From contig JBHGNT010000013.1 in the NCBI GenBank assembly GCA_043228905.1, forward strand, positions 5,270,001-5,334,000: 64,000 nt of DNA. The letters are read 5' to 3'. The notes under the pieces are model-generated. The model ran no database searches. It worked only from the letters and a program-made list of their open reading frames with translations, and was not told the DNA's origin. A program made the translations under genes and the position numbers. The DNA is from Azolla caroliniana (Eukaryota > Plantae > Polypodiophyta). Below, in pieces: positions 1 through 12,292 of this stretch; the first letter of the stretch is position 1, and each line of letters begins with the position of its first letter.

Positions 1-848
1 AAGGATATTGACAATATCCAAGAGGATATCATGAAAGATATGGACGAAATTGCGGCATTTTACAGAGAAGAAATTCAACGTATTATGCAAGAATTCGACA
101 AACATGATATAGGCACTTCCGTTCAGTTGGATAAAATTGAAGCTGAAAGAACCAGCAAGACTCCTGGTCTTCAAACTCCTGTAGAAGTGAACCAGAGCAG
201 CCAACCGAATCACAACATTCAAAACCTGCTCCGAATGACGACTGTGACACAGATGAAGAGGAAGATATAGAGGGAATACATCCAAGGCCAGAAGAGCCTT
301 CGATTTTTGATATTCTGAACGATTCGGATGAAGAGCTACAGGAATAGGCGTGGGTTCGCTGGACAAGGTCCTGGCCCACGGACGTGCCAAGTGTTACCCG
401 GACCCGGACAGTCAGTTTTACCGAACAAGTGGGAAAGCGTCGAAAACGGAGTCGGTTCGGATCGACTGTTCGGATCAATGACTCAGCAGTAAACGAAGAG
501 AACTAAGTTAGTTAGATAATTTTGTAATTCTTGATAGTAAGTAGGAATAGTTCTTGATGAGAAAAGACCTTCGGTATACCTATAAAAGGGAACCGAAGGC
601 ATTGTAAGAAAGGTCGTTTTATTTAGTAATATAAGTTTAAGTTAGGAATATCCTGTACGGATTCTGTGTTCTTTCTATTGTCTATGTTGTTAAGTGCAAG
701 CTTCCTAATTTATAACTAAGTAACGATCACGGTAATTACCGATTAATATAGTATAATTCCGTTCGTAAAACACAATTCCTTGTTAGAACGTCGAGTAGCG
801 ACGTTCACTCTTCTGTATCGGTAGTAGTTAGTAATTAGCCGATTAACA
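1..848 (+). mobile_element. 3' end of an unclassified LTR retroelement; putative LTR 392-848
   Basis: TGTTA(392)...TAACA(848) inverted termini and TATAAAAGG at ~581. It ends exactly where the copia gag below is cut (the intact equivalent CGTAGG|TTGCTCAACTCC is at ~44361). No clear polypurine tract (PPT) lies before 392, so the LTR start is uncertain. Confidence 0.55.
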
Positions 849-1189
849 TTGCTCAACTCCTGTCGGAGCAGAAGCTTCTTGGCTGTGGTGCTCGTGGCGA
901 ATATCTTCTTCAGATTTTCCCATGCACCCTTCGGTGTTTTTGCATCCTGAATGTAGCTTAATAGTTGTTCGCCCACACAAGACACGAAACAGTACACCAC
1001 TCTGCTCGCCGATTGTTCCCATGCTGGGAGGTCTTTGTGTGTCGATTCGGGTGCCGCGTCATTCGCTCCTTCAACATAGCTCCAGTAACCGTGCCCAAGC
1101 AGGTACTGGTGCATCTTGTAGGACCAAGATGCATAGGTGGTTCTGTCGAGCTTCTCTGTTGGATGCGAGCTAGCCATTCCTCTGTCCAT
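849..1189 (-). pseudogene. gag: Copia gag N-terminus, truncated by the insertion ending at 848
   Basis: MDRGMASSHPTEKLDRTTYASWSYKMHQYLLGHGYWSYVEG is a typical copia gag start and near-identical to ORF 44381-44707. Confidence 0.88.
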
Positions 1190-1702
1190 CGATTTTCTTG
1201 TTCTTCTTCGTTAGTTTTCCTTTAAGCAAAGTCGGCTGCAAAGGATCTCAACCCTCGCGCTCTAATACCATGTAAAAGATTATGTGCGGAAACAATATAG
1301 GAAACTGAACAACAGAAAACGCAGGTTTAATGGAAAGCTTAGGTTTGCACAATATGCACGGGAGAGATAGAGATAGAGAGAGAGTAAAAACAATTAAAAA
1401 ACTAACACTCTGTACATACATCGTGCTCAGTGAGCCCCTTTAATACAAGCCCTGACAATGGGCTGACACAAGTACTGACAGTACTTGACTGCTCATAAAT
1501 GAGCCCCGACTCTTACTCCCAAAACTATTCCTTATGAGGAATATCTCTTTAACGGCCTTTCGGTTTACGCACCGATACAACCTTACTATGCACCGGTCTG
1601 CATACCGGTTTCCAACCGATCCGGCCTGACCGATCGGTCCCAACCGATCTGGTCCTCGGCTTGCTCAACCAATCCGGCCGATGTTGAGCTTGTCTCTCAA
1701 CA
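849..1702 (-). mobile_element. Ty1/copia family A, 5' remnant (5' LTR 1271-1702, tRNA-iMet primer binding site (PBS) 1259-1270, gag N-terminus)
   Basis: The LTR has TG...CA ends and resembles the LTRs at 39608-40050 and 44790-45048. The PBS reads TGGTATTAGAGC on -. Confidence 0.9.
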
Positions 1703-1922
1703 ATTTGGATAGGAGATGAAGAAGTTATGAGCTTTTTTCTTTGCCTTGTTTTTTCTACCTTTGTTTCTATGTCTTTTTTTCTTTTCTTTTCGTTTGCTTT
1801 TTCTACTTTTGAAAAATGCCTCTAACTTAATATGCCTTCAAGTTCCTTCGTCTTTTAACTCTTGAACCTTTCATATATTGTGCTTTATTCTTATACACCT
1901 TAGCTTCCAATGTATTTGCCAG

Positions 1923-2790
1923 GATCTTTTCTTACAAGCAAAATTTGACTTCATAGTATACACTACACAGAAACACAATGAAAGCCAATGTCGATGATAC
2001 AGGTTAGACATTGATTAGCTATATGCTGAAAAATGTCCATGAAGCCTGTGAGACATTGGAGGCAACAAAGAATGCGTTAGAGAAAGCAACATTGGTTGCT
2101 CCGATGGAAAGCAAGGTCACTTTGGTAGTGACAACAATTAGAAATAAGATTCAGGTAGCTATTGTTTTGCTAGTATGTAACATGTTATAAATAACTTGTA
2201 CATGAAAATGTGCTCAATGAGGAATTATCTGGAACAGGCTGCTCAACATGAGCTCGAAACTGAGGGGCTGCTGGATCCCTAATGGAAAATACAGCTACAG
2301 ACAAAGATTCAGGTGAACTTGGATCTTCTAGGTGTAAATAGTGTCGCTGTAACAATATGGAGAACCTCCGAGTAAGTTAATGATTCATATTTCTTGTTGT
2401 TCTATCTTCTTCATTAAGGAATGATAAATCGGTAAATTTTTCGATTGTTTTGTAGGAAAAATGCACAAATCAAGAATAGGTAGTTAGCTGCATTAAGAAG
2501 CAGCTACAATTTGTGGAGGGGATGGTAAGGTGTAGACAAGAATTGGACCTCAACATTCTTGCTCCCTTACCAAACGTAGGAGAACCAAGCAAGAATATAT
2601 TGACTGTTCAAGCATGTTGCATCACTTGAGAATTAGGTGTAGAGGACAAAACTGCTACCCTGCTGGTACACCTACGACCATGCCAACACACATACCATAT
2701 CACTTGTTTTGCATATGCCTGTTGCACTGCTGCAGTATGTTTGGGGGATTGCAATACAACTCTCCCTGATGAGTGGAGAAAACAAACATG
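1923..2790 (+). pseudogene. Spliced gene relic with a RING-H2 zinc finger
   Basis: From 2618 the frame reads CIT*ELGVEDKTATLLVHLRPCQHTYHITCFAYACCTAAVCLGDC, a C-x2-C...C-x-H-x2-H-x2-C...C-x3-C pattern with the second Cys replaced by TGA (2627). Plausible GT-AG introns at ~2154-2237 and ~2372-2456. Confidence 0.6.
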
Positions 2791-2811
2791 TAAATTTGCT
2801 GCTTGTCTCTA

Positions 2812-3335
2812 TAGTGTAGTAGCTAATTAGTTACAACTTAATTAGCTAAGCAGTATAAAGTGTGGTACCTAATTAGCTATTGTGGTTTAGTGTAGTAGCT
2901 AATTAGCTAAGCAATATAAAGTGTAGTGGCTAATTAGGTAAGCAGTATAAAGTGTGTTAGCTAATTAGCTATTCTAGTTCTGTAGTGTGGTAGGTAATTA
3001 GCTACAACATATAAAGGGTAGCAACTAATTAGGTAAGCAATGTAAAGTGTTGTAGCTAATTAGCTATTTTGGTTCTGTAGTGTAATAGCTAATTAGTTAC
3101 AACTTAGCTAATTAGCTACTACCATATAATGTGTGGTAGCTAATTAGCTATTCTGGTTTTGTAGTGTAGTAGCTAATTAGCTAAGATATAGCTAATTAAA
3201 TACTGCCAATCTATAGTGTAGAAGCTAATTAGCTACAACTTAAATATAGTAGCTAACTAGCTAAGATATAGCTAATTAGCTACTACCAATCTATAGTGTA
3301 GTAGCTAATTAGCTATAATGTAGCTAATTAGCTAC
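2812..3335. repeat. Array of the palindrome TAGCTAATTAGCTA with variable spacers
   Basis: About 20 exact or near-exact copies, separated by short TAGTGT/AAAGTGT-containing spacers. Confidence 0.9.
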
Positions 3336-4160
3336 TGCCGATGACACCGCAACCGATGAGGAGATAGCTGGCAACGTGGCTGAAAGTAAGAGTCCTGTTA
3401 TCACATCTCCTTTAGATCAGCTCCACCCTATTCTTTTGGAAGATTGTACTGAATTAGGAAACGTTGTGAAAAGCCATGAAATACTAGACTCAACATGTAA
3501 ATATAAGGTTCATAACAATAGTGTTTTTGAACATTTGATGCAACATTTCTTCGAATCTCAAAACCTTGATGCAACCCCACCGAGCCCAATTGTTGATGAT
3601 GTCCCACCAGATCCCACTCTATTTGAATAGCTAGCGCAAGATGTGGTTGACGTGCAAGCCGCTGTTGAGGTGATGGAAAGGTTGTCGGAGGAGGACACAC
3701 TTGCGCAATGGGTGAAAGAAGTAAGGCTAAATGGGCAACCTTCTAGAAAAAGTCTGAAGAAGGGGCCGTGATCGGGGACAAGACCAGTTACTTGGTCAAG
3801 GGGATCTTGAATTATTGATTAGTGGGATATGATTGTTAGGTATTTTCCTAGAAAATTATGAAGTTTTTTTATGATCTATTTGGACAAGTAAAACCTTAGA
3901 TTGGTTGTTGCTTGATCCACATTATGTAATGGAACTCGTTGATGGATATTAAGATAATATTATTATTTTGTTGCAGAATATTTCATGTTCATTATGTTGG
4001 TTTGTGAGACTGTTAGCTACTTTGTGAGTGTGAATATGTTGGTGTTTTCTAATGTTGCAAAGTCTAAAGGGTTTGAATCTATTGCTGCTAAGGCGATGAC
4101 AATGTGGAAACTGTTGATGTTGCTGGCCCAATCTTGAACGTAGATGTAGCTACTGACACA

Positions 4161-4270
4161 GATGATCTGGTCACGCAAGTAGATAAAGTATGTTGCATAG
4201 ATGATCTTGTCACACAAGTAGATCAAGAATGTTGCATAGATGATTTGATTTTGCAGGTAGATGCATCATG
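4161..4270 (+). repeat. 39-bp tandem repeat, about 3 copies (DDLVTQVDKxCCI)
   Basis: GATGATCTGGTCACGCAAGTAGATAAAGTATGTTGCATA and two variants, in frame within ORF 4104-4298. Confidence 0.85.
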
Positions 4271-4509
4271 TGATACTAGTGGCCTGGTATGGAAATAAGA
4301 AGTATCTACATGCACAAAGGCACACGCCATGACTGCACAAGAGGAAAACAATGTGAAGCTACGACCCAACGACAGAACCGACCAGGTGTTTGAACAGGAA
4401 AAGGACACCAATTGTGTCGACAGAACCCGAGTTGATTGAAATTGATCGTGTGCTACCAATACTTGGTGTAACAGAGGCTTAGTTGTAGGAATGGAAACCT
4501 AAACCATTA

Positions 4510-4870
4510 GAAGATGAAAGAAGAGCCTTGATCTTGGAGCTTGATAAAGTCCTGATGAGTGTGCGATATATGTGGCCAAGGAGGGATGTGAATCAATTTC
4601 TAGTGTGGGCTGTGCAATACTTTGATTTGTTTATTTGGAGTGAAAAAACACATACAGATGTGTGGAAGTGTGTAGAAAGATTCTTCCCAAAGTGGAGACA
4701 ACATTTCAAGGGTTAGTGGACACGAGAAAAATGTGAGCAGAAGGATATTGCACGATTCAAAAGACTCTCTGATTTTTGGGACACCTGGCTCGAATATAAT
4801 GCCGACAATACGTTGATTGTGGATACAGAACCTTTCTGGCATTACTTCAACCTTCACAGATGCTGTCTCA
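4510..4870 (+). pseudogene. FCP1/NIF-like (HAD superfamily) phosphatase domain, disabled
   Basis: LILELDKVL (DxDxV motif with the first D changed to E), WPRRDVNQFL..FDLFIWS, an in-frame stop at 4714, then WTREKC..FKRLSDFW..YNADNTLIVDTEPF. The motif order matches FCP1-homology domains. Confidence 0.65.
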
Positions 4871-5386
4871 TTGTACTCGAGGAAATGCCTGATGACTACT
4901 TAGTGAAAACATTGAGCTGCCAACTAACTGCATGGTTGTGGACACCATACTGAGCTCGGTATGCAGGTCACATCTGTAGAGAAGTTCCACTAACCAACAA
5001 GAGCTTAGCTGTTTATAGGCGCTTTGTAGACATTGTGAATGGTGTCTTATAAATATGTAATTTGATGACAGATTAATCAATGAAGAATAAAATCCCTTGT
5101 TTTGAGTAAATTTTCCACTGTGTAATTTTAAAATAGGTCGTTGATTTTTGATTTCATCCCGTTGCTTGTTCTTAGAATGGCAAGCAGTTTGAACTTGTAC
5201 ATGGTTCACTTGAGAGTAAAAAAACCATTGCTAAAATGTATTCCAAACAATATAATCGTCATTATGTACATTGAACAGACACTAAGACTGAAAGTTGCAA
5301 TAAGTAAAACTGACAGTAATACTGTCAGTCAATACCCATTTAACCGACACTAAAAATGAAAGCTGCATTTAACAAACTGACCACAA

Positions 5387-5516
5387 TTTTATTAAGAAAC
5401 AAGAACAGACAGAAGATTGTATATAAGATAGAAGACTCCCAAATGATTTTATTAAGAAACAAGAACACAAAGAAGACTGTATATCAAAAAGAAGACTCCA
5501 AAACGATTTTATTAAA
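5387..5516. repeat. 60-bp tandem duplication (about 2.2 copies)
   Basis: TTTTATTAAGAAACAAGAACA...GAAGACTCC recurs with a period of 60. Confidence 0.85.
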
Positions 5517-6059
5517 CTGTTTTTTTGCAATGCAACTACTTTGTCCACATTACAAGAAAACTGGTATGATCTCCTTGTAGCTACAAATTCCATGGCATAT
5601 TGTTGTAAATACATTCATACACATTAGCACTAACTGTGTATAAATCTGAGCAACTATTCTATTGTGACATCAGGACTTTGATGCACTTGACCAAATGAGA
5701 GTACATGTACGCTACTAGTTTGTCTTCTAAACGAAATTATCCCCAACGTTTATGACGTCACTCAGAGTATCTCCATGTCCTTAATATGTGAAGTTGACAT
5801 GGTTTTCTGTTTCTCCATCAACCACTTCCTTATCATTCAATGTATGGTACTCCCAATTCTGAATATATGCTTTGTTTAAACAATACCTCCAATTTCCCTA
5901 CACACAATGGAAGCAAAAATAAGTTAATTCTCTAACCGCAATACAATGACCATCCAACCTAGAATAACCCCGAATAACATGGAGAGATCTCAATTTAGGA
6001 ATTCCTTGGCACTCCCATGTCTTCTCCCTATTTACTTCATCTATCCTCATCTATGGAAC

Positions 6060-6274
6060 TAGTTTCTGTTGTAACCTCCATTGGCGAAGACATAGAGCTC
6101 GAGGTCGTTGCCTCTGAGTCTCACTTTGTATTCCTCCTCTCATAGTGATAGTTTGGAGTCTTTGGGATCCCGTGATTTATTCCCCATTTAGGGTTTCCAC
6201 GTAAACATCTTGTGTCATCTCTGTGTTAGTTTGTTTTCTTCTATTCCTTGTTGAAGACTCGGTTGTGGCCGAGC
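6060..6274 (+). mobile_element. Fragment of a family B-type copia LTR (R-U5)
   Basis: Shares GAGGTCGTTGCCTC, GGGTTTCCACGTAAACATC and CTCGGTTGTGGCCGAGCA with the LTRs at 12095 and 48915. Confidence 0.7.
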
Positions 6275-6289
6275 ATTATTTCTACACAG

Positions 6290-8424
6290 CAAATAGGCGT
6301 CAGAGATCTCACTACGCAGAAGGCTCAGGGAAAGCTGGCACGAGACCCGCCTTCATCATGAAGCACAAAGACATTTCGATGGCGGTGAATACCTCGAGGT
6401 CGAATGAGGTATGGTATGTGGATTCGGGAGCATCAAACCACATGACGAATCACCAGGAATGGTTCTCGTCTCTGGAAAAGCTGGAGCAGCGGGGGTTGTC
6501 AAAATTGGTGATGACACCCCTCACCCCATTGAGTACATTGTAGATGTACCTCTCAGCCATACCGACCAGAAGGGAATCATGAGAAATGTCTTGTATGTGC
6601 CGACAATCACCAAAAATTTGGTGTCGGTCGAACAAATAGTCGACCAAGGCATCCAAGTTCGATTTACTCATCTCGGGTGCTTCATAGAAGAGGAAGGCAA
6701 GATAATTGTGCAAGGGCGCCGAGAAGGGATGATGTTCATCATCGAGACCAATGATGTAGGCACCACTATGTTCGCGAAAGGGCAAAAGGTTGAATCGGAT
6801 ATCGACCTATGGCACACGCGGTTCCGCCATGTCAACTTCCCACGGCTTCGAGAGATGCAAACGAAAAACATTGGTTTCAGCTTGCCGAAATTCAATGGCC
6901 GAAAGGGCCAAGTCTGCGAAGCCTGCCAATTAGGGAAGCATCATTGACTTCTATTCCCAAATGAATGAAATGGGAGCTGAAACAAGCTCGATTTAATCCA
7001 TTCGGATGTATGGGGATCGGCACAGAATGCGAGTCTCGGTGGGAGCTGATATTTCATGACTTTCATCGACGATTTCACTCGACATACCTAGGCATGCACG
7101 ATAGAGAAGAAAAGCGAAGTCTTGTCCTGCTTCTTGAAGATGAAGAACCTTGCCGAACGAGAGATAGGTCGTAAAATCAAATGTCTCAGGACCGATGGCG
7201 GAAAGGAGTACTTCTCCGACCAGTTCTCGAGTTATCTACAAAAGGAAGGAATTCGGCGCGAATTCTCTTGCAGATACACGCCGCGGCAAAACGGCGTGGC
7301 CGAGCGGAAGAATCGGATGATCGAAGAAGTAGCCAGTGCTGAAATTTTATTGGGCCAAAGCCATGAAAATAGCTATTTACCTATAGAATCGGACTTTTGC
7401 AAATGAAGAAGTGTCGCCACATGAGTTGTACTTTGGGAAGAAGCCGAACTTGGCACACTTAAGGGTTTTCGGCATCATAGCGTCTGTACAATTGCCGAAA
7501 GAGAAACGAAGGAAGTTAGATGCGAAACCCGAAAAGTTTATCCTGGTCAGCTTCTCGGATGAGCAAAAAGGGTATAAATGTTATAACCACCGAACGAAAG
7601 AAGCCTGAGTGAGCCAAGATGTCGTGTTCGACGAGTCGGCTTCATGGTACTTGTCTTCACATCCTACCCCCATGCACTCCATTCCGGATTCTGAGGATGA
7701 CGCGAGTGAGGCTGAAATGCCTCCGCATAGTGATGAAGTTGGAGCTCTAAGAGAGAGTCCGATCTTATTTCGGCTAAGTGGGCCGAATGAGGGGCTGAGC
7801 TGAGATGGTCAACCGAGTGTAGAGCCGGCGAGTAGTGAAGACTTGACCGTGAAGTCCCTGCACAAGGAACCGAGGAGACGGTTTACGTGCAAGGAGAACG
7901 CAAAGAAGAAGATGCCGGAGTACGATACCGAGGCAGAAAAGGATGCAAATTGGTGTGCCACCATGGAGGAAGAGATGCGCGCATTGAAGGAAAATGAGAC
8001 TTGGGACCCGGTTGACACCCCCAAGGGTGTGAAGCCGATCAGATGTAGGTGGGTGTACAAGGTACAAAACACTGCCGACGGCTCTGTCGACTGATATAAG
8101 GCCCGACTAGTGGCCAAGGGCTATATGCAACAACACGACATCGATTACGATGAGACATTTGTGCTGGTTGCAAAGATGACAATCATTTGTGTGTTGCTGG
8201 CGGTAGCAGTGACAAAGGGATGGCATCTACATTAGATGGATGTAAAGAATGCGTTCTTGCAAGGCGACCTTGAGGAACAGGTCTACATGCTACATCCCCT
8301 GGATTTCTATCCGAATTGAACATGTGGGATGTCTACTAACTGAAGAAGTCCCTCTATGGATTAAAGAAAGACCCACATTTTTGGAACGTGAAGATTACAC
8401 AATGACTACGTCGGATGGGGTTTG
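6290..8424 (+). pseudogene. pol: Copia family A pol fragment (protease, GAG-pre-integrase, integrase, RT N-terminus)
   Basis: WYVDSGASNHM, LWHTRFRH...CEACQLGK, LRTDGGKEY, TPRQNGVAERKNR and RCRWVYKV motifs. Multiple stops and frameshifts, and an internal deletion at ~7929. Confidence 0.92.
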
Positions 8425-10517
8425 TGTTGGGAAACATGTCCCTTCGGATGGGAAGAGAAGGACCATGCTGGTGATATCGGCCTCGGCCGAAACCGAAACC
8501 AAAACCAAAATCGGAAATCAAAATCAAAATCGAAAACCGAAATAGTTTCGGAAGACTATAATTGTAAATAGTAAAAAATGGCTCCTAGGGGCTATATTTG
8601 TAAATATCTAGAAAATTGCTTTGCTTTATAGGCAACAAGGGCAAACCTTATAGCGTGAGTTAGTGATCATTATTGAAAAGTCAGAACGAGGTAGTTGCCT
8701 TTGTAACTGTGAGTAAGAGAGTGAGAGTGTAACTCCGTAGCCGCTGTTAGAGGAAGCAGAACTCAAGGTCGCTGCCTCCGAGTTCCGTATTTGTACTTCC
8801 TCTCTACTATAGTGATATGTTTTCTCAGGGTTTTTGGACCCCCGTGGTTTTTCCCATTTTGGGGTTTCCACGTAAAATATCAGTGTCTCTGTGTCTTCAC
8901 ATTTTTCTTGTTGGTGTACTAGTTCTTGTTTTCTTCACAAGATTCCTAACAAAGAGGTATCAGAGCAATGGAAGACTCGTTAGGCGGCATGTTTAAGCTA
9001 ACTGGATCCAACTACTCAGTGTGGAAGTCGAAGATGAGAGACATGCTCGTGTGCAAAGACCTCTGGTTGCCGGTGCAATTCGGATATAAAATACCAAACA
9101 AGATTGATGCAACGATGTGGGAAGTGTTGCATTTGAAGGTGGGCACATACATAAGGTGTTTTACAGACATGAGTCTATACAACAACTTTGGCGAAGAAAC
9201 ACAAGCAGATGTCCTATGGATGAAGATCAACATCATGTTCGAAAACAAGAACATCGTGTATTGAGTCTCAGTATTTCGAAAAATCGTGAGGCTTTGGTAT
9301 TAGGATGGCTCTTGTATGGCAGAGCACATCAATGCCTTCCAAGGATTGATGAACCAAATCACCTCTCTAGAAGTACCTCTGGCCGACGAGGTATTATCAT
9401 CATTGTTGCTAGGATCCCTTCCGGACAGCTGGGAGACGCTCGTTGTCACTTTGGGCAACGCTGGGGTGGAAGGGAAGCATCTATCCCTAGAGCAGGTGAA
9501 GTCGAGCTTACTGAATGAAGAAGCTCTCCGGAAGGACCGTGAGTCCAATACCGGCCAAAAGGGTTTAGTCACGAATGGTGACATGATTTGGAGAAGAGGC
9601 CGAAATCGAATTCCCCAGAACCGAGATATGTCGGGGACCAAGTCGAAGTCGAGGGGGAGACCCACATACTTCTATTGTGGGAAGCTGGGGCACTTCCAGA
9701 AAAATTGCCAGCCGAAAGGAGAAAGGGGGAGTTGATGGTGTAGAGCCGAAGAAAATCCTGGACAAAAAGAACACTACAACAATCGCCGCGAGTGAGGAGA
9801 AGTTGTTGCTCATTACTAAGCTAAACGAAGTGAATCTCGTCGGCAAAGAATCAACATGGGTGGTCAATTCGGGTGCGTCATTCCACCTAACCCCTGACCA
9901 AAAGTGCTTCTCATCCTACAGAGTCGGAGATCTCGGATCCGTAAAGATGGGAAATGAAGGAGCATGCCAAATCATTGGCATTGAAAATGTGTGTTGGAAA
10001 CCTCAAGCAAGTGGAGACTCATATTGAGAGATGTATGACACGTTCCGGAGGTTCGATTGAACCTAATATGAGCTAGTCGGCTAGATGATGAAGGCTACAC
10101 GAGTAGCATTCAAAACGGTGTCATGAAGTTATGCTGAGGAAGTATGATTGTGGCTCGAGCTCAGAAGACCAGCACACAGTACATAATGAATGCTTGAATA
10201 TGCCGAGGGGATGCAAATGTGGCAGCTGACACGGTCGGTGAACTATGGCACAGGAGCTGGTGCCATATGAGCCAGAAGGGGATGCGAAAGCTTGCTGAGG
10301 ACAACCTCGTTCCTGAGGTAAAGAACGTGCAACTTGAGAAGTGCATGGATTTCTTGGATGGTAAGGAGAATCAAACATCCTTTTGAACGAGGCCCCCGAT
10401 GAGGAAGAAAATGACGTTGGAGCTCGTGCATACGGACGTATGCTATGTGGACACGAAGTCGCATGGTGGTTCACAGTATTTCGTGACCTTCATTGATGAC
10501 TGTAGCAAGAAGTTGTT
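8425..10517 (+). mobile_element. Copia family B1, 5' part (LTR 8425-8951, PBS ~8955-8966, gag ATG 8968 to integrase start), inserted into family A RT
   Basis: TGTTGGG...CCTAACA LTR preceded by GTTTG; PBS (A)GGTATCAGAGC. Gag KLTGSNYSVWK, zinc knuckle FYCGKLGHFQKNC and protease WVVNSGASFH. Confidence 0.92.
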
Positions 10518-10652
10518 TCATGTTTCCAAAAGATAGGTTGCATCGGTTGTTGTATAACTTACTGAAGTATTAGGATCTAACAAAATGCTTGTATTATGTC
10601 TTAGTTAGAATTTAGTGGAGTACATGTCTTCTTTCGTGTATAAGAACATGTG

Positions 10653-10725
10653 GCACTTGTAGCTCAGTGGATAGAGCGTCTGTTTCCTAAGCAGAAGGTC
10701 GAAGGTTCGACCCCTTCCTAGTGCG
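10653..10725 (+). tRNA. tRNA-Arg-CCT: tRNA-Arg, anticodon CCT
   Basis: 73-nt cloverleaf: acceptor GCACTTG/CTAGTGC, D arm GCTC/GAGC, anticodon arm TCTGT-TTCCTAA-GCAGA, T arm GAAGG-TTCGACC-CCTTC. It closely resembles plant nuclear tRNA-Arg(CCT). No oligo-T terminator follows immediately. Confidence 0.88.
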
Positions 10726-11500
10726 AATAAATAGGACATATTACTCACTTACTTATCAAGAATGTGTTCCTTATCAAGAAGTTGAGGTTTGACCCCTTTC
10801 AAGAGAGAAATAGTAGAGAGTTATCGTCCATTCCATTTAGAGTGTTGACTGTTTCCTATTTCCAAGAAAAGAGATTGCGCCTTGTTGTTGCATCCTTATG
10901 AGAGTATTTTGTAGGAAAGGATCCATGTTTGTTGCGTTAGTTATAAAATTGTTGATGGAAGACACACTTTCATTACAGGAATATGTGGAACTTGTAGCTT
11001 AGTGGATACATGGCGTGTTTCCTATGGAGAACATTTAAGGCTTCAACACTTCCTAGTAAGAATCAATCGGAGAAAAAGTGACTAAATTTCGAATACCAAT
11101 AGAGCTTTTGCTTCCATTGTAGAATGTCGAGCATTGACCCAATCCTAGTGAGAACGAATAGAGGGGTACCTATAGAGAATTTGTTCCTTACGAAGAAGTT
11201 GAGGGCCAACCACTTCCAAGAGAGAAAGAAGAGAAGGGTAACCGTCCATTTCGAATCTTGAAGAAACGTTGCATATTTTCGAAAAAACAAATTTTGCTTG
11301 TTGTTGCAGCCTAATGAGAGTATTTTGTGCAAAAGTATCCATGTTTTTTGCGTTAGTTATAATTTTGTACCCGTTCCTAGTATGCATCAATAAGAAAAAT
11401 TAGTGACTAGATATCAAAAACCCATAGAGGTTTTGCTTCCATTGTCGAATGTCGAGGATTGAGCCAATTCTAATGAGAACGAATAGAGCGGTATCGTCCA
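10726..11500 (+). repeat. Degenerate tandem repeats containing decayed tRNA-Arg copies
   Basis: ~10988-11060 is a decayed copy (ACTTGTAGCTTAGTGGATAC...GTTTCCTA...TTCCTAGT). ~10760-10950 matches ~11175-11365, and ~11050-11170 matches ~11372-11495. Confidence 0.75.
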
Positions 11501-12094
11501 TTGAGAGTCTATCCAAGGGTGTCATCGAAAGAGACCGTCACCACAACGCCGCTAATTTCTTTGTCAAGGCTGAGGGCTCCGCATGCCCTGAGACACTCCT
11601 CGACTTGTTTCTTTTCCCTGCCGCTTACACTAGTTATCTTATAACCTTCGTTGTCGGAGAACCAAAACTTCTTACCTATGGTACATGTGTGGGGTTCCTC
11701 CGGGGTGTCTGAACTAGCGCGGTCCCACGCCTTGATAGCCCTCTCTAAAAATCCCCTCGGTCATCGGTGCCGAGGGTCTCTCGGTTGCGCTCGTGGTTCG
11801 GTCATATTGTCAAGAACTGGATGAAGTGACGTCCATCTTGGCTTTTTACCCTTGCGTACGCCGAACCGTTGTCCAGCACCTTGGTCTCCATATGGGTTGT
11901 TGTAATGTATGGTTCGCTGAGGATAACCTGGTATGAGGATGTTTCCTGCACGAAGAAGTGCTGGTCTATTTTGACGTCGCCGATCTTCACGCACACATTC
12001 GGGCACGCACCGTGCAGCTCCTTCGTATCCGTGCTTGGTGTTGATCAACCATTTGCCCTTTTTGTAGAAGTCCATGGACATCAGGTTTATTTCG
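11500..12094 (-). pseudogene. Ty3/gypsy-like aspartic protease region fragment
   Basis: CVKIGDVKIDQHFFVQETSSYQVILSEPYI resembles the C-terminal half of a retropepsin (ILG-x-PF motif). It is cut at 12094 by the B2 LTR. Confidence 0.6.
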
Positions 12095-12128
12095 TGTTAG
12101 GAAACAGGTTCCTCTGGATGGGAAGTGG

Positions 12129-12292
12129 GAAGACCCGGTGAGAACCGGATGTGGAGTACCCGGCAACGTAAGACCCGATGAGATCTAGATGTGGAGTACC
12201 CGGCAATGGAAGACCCGGTGAGAACTGGATGACGAGTACCCGGCAAGGAAGACCCGGTGAGAACCGGATGTTGTAAGCCCGGTGAGAACCTC
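12129..12292 (+). repeat. ~40-bp CCGG-rich tandem repeats in the U3 of the B2 LTR
   Basis: GAAGACCCGGTGAGAACCGGATG-based unit in 4-5 copies; the same array occurs at ~48965-49160 and ~53708-53943. Confidence 0.85.

Noticed and set aside
2812-3335. CRISPR-like array (palindromic repeats with spacers)
   Set aside because: The repeats are only 14 bp, the spacers are irregular and similar to each other, there are no cas genes, and the context is eukaryotic.
8420-8430. Site-specific targeting of B1 into family A RT
   Set aside because: The shared LTR deletion and collinear flanks are better explained by duplication and inversion of a single insertion.
10988-11060. Second functional tRNA gene
   Set aside because: The anticodon and T stems are disrupted and the B box is lost; counted as a decayed copy.
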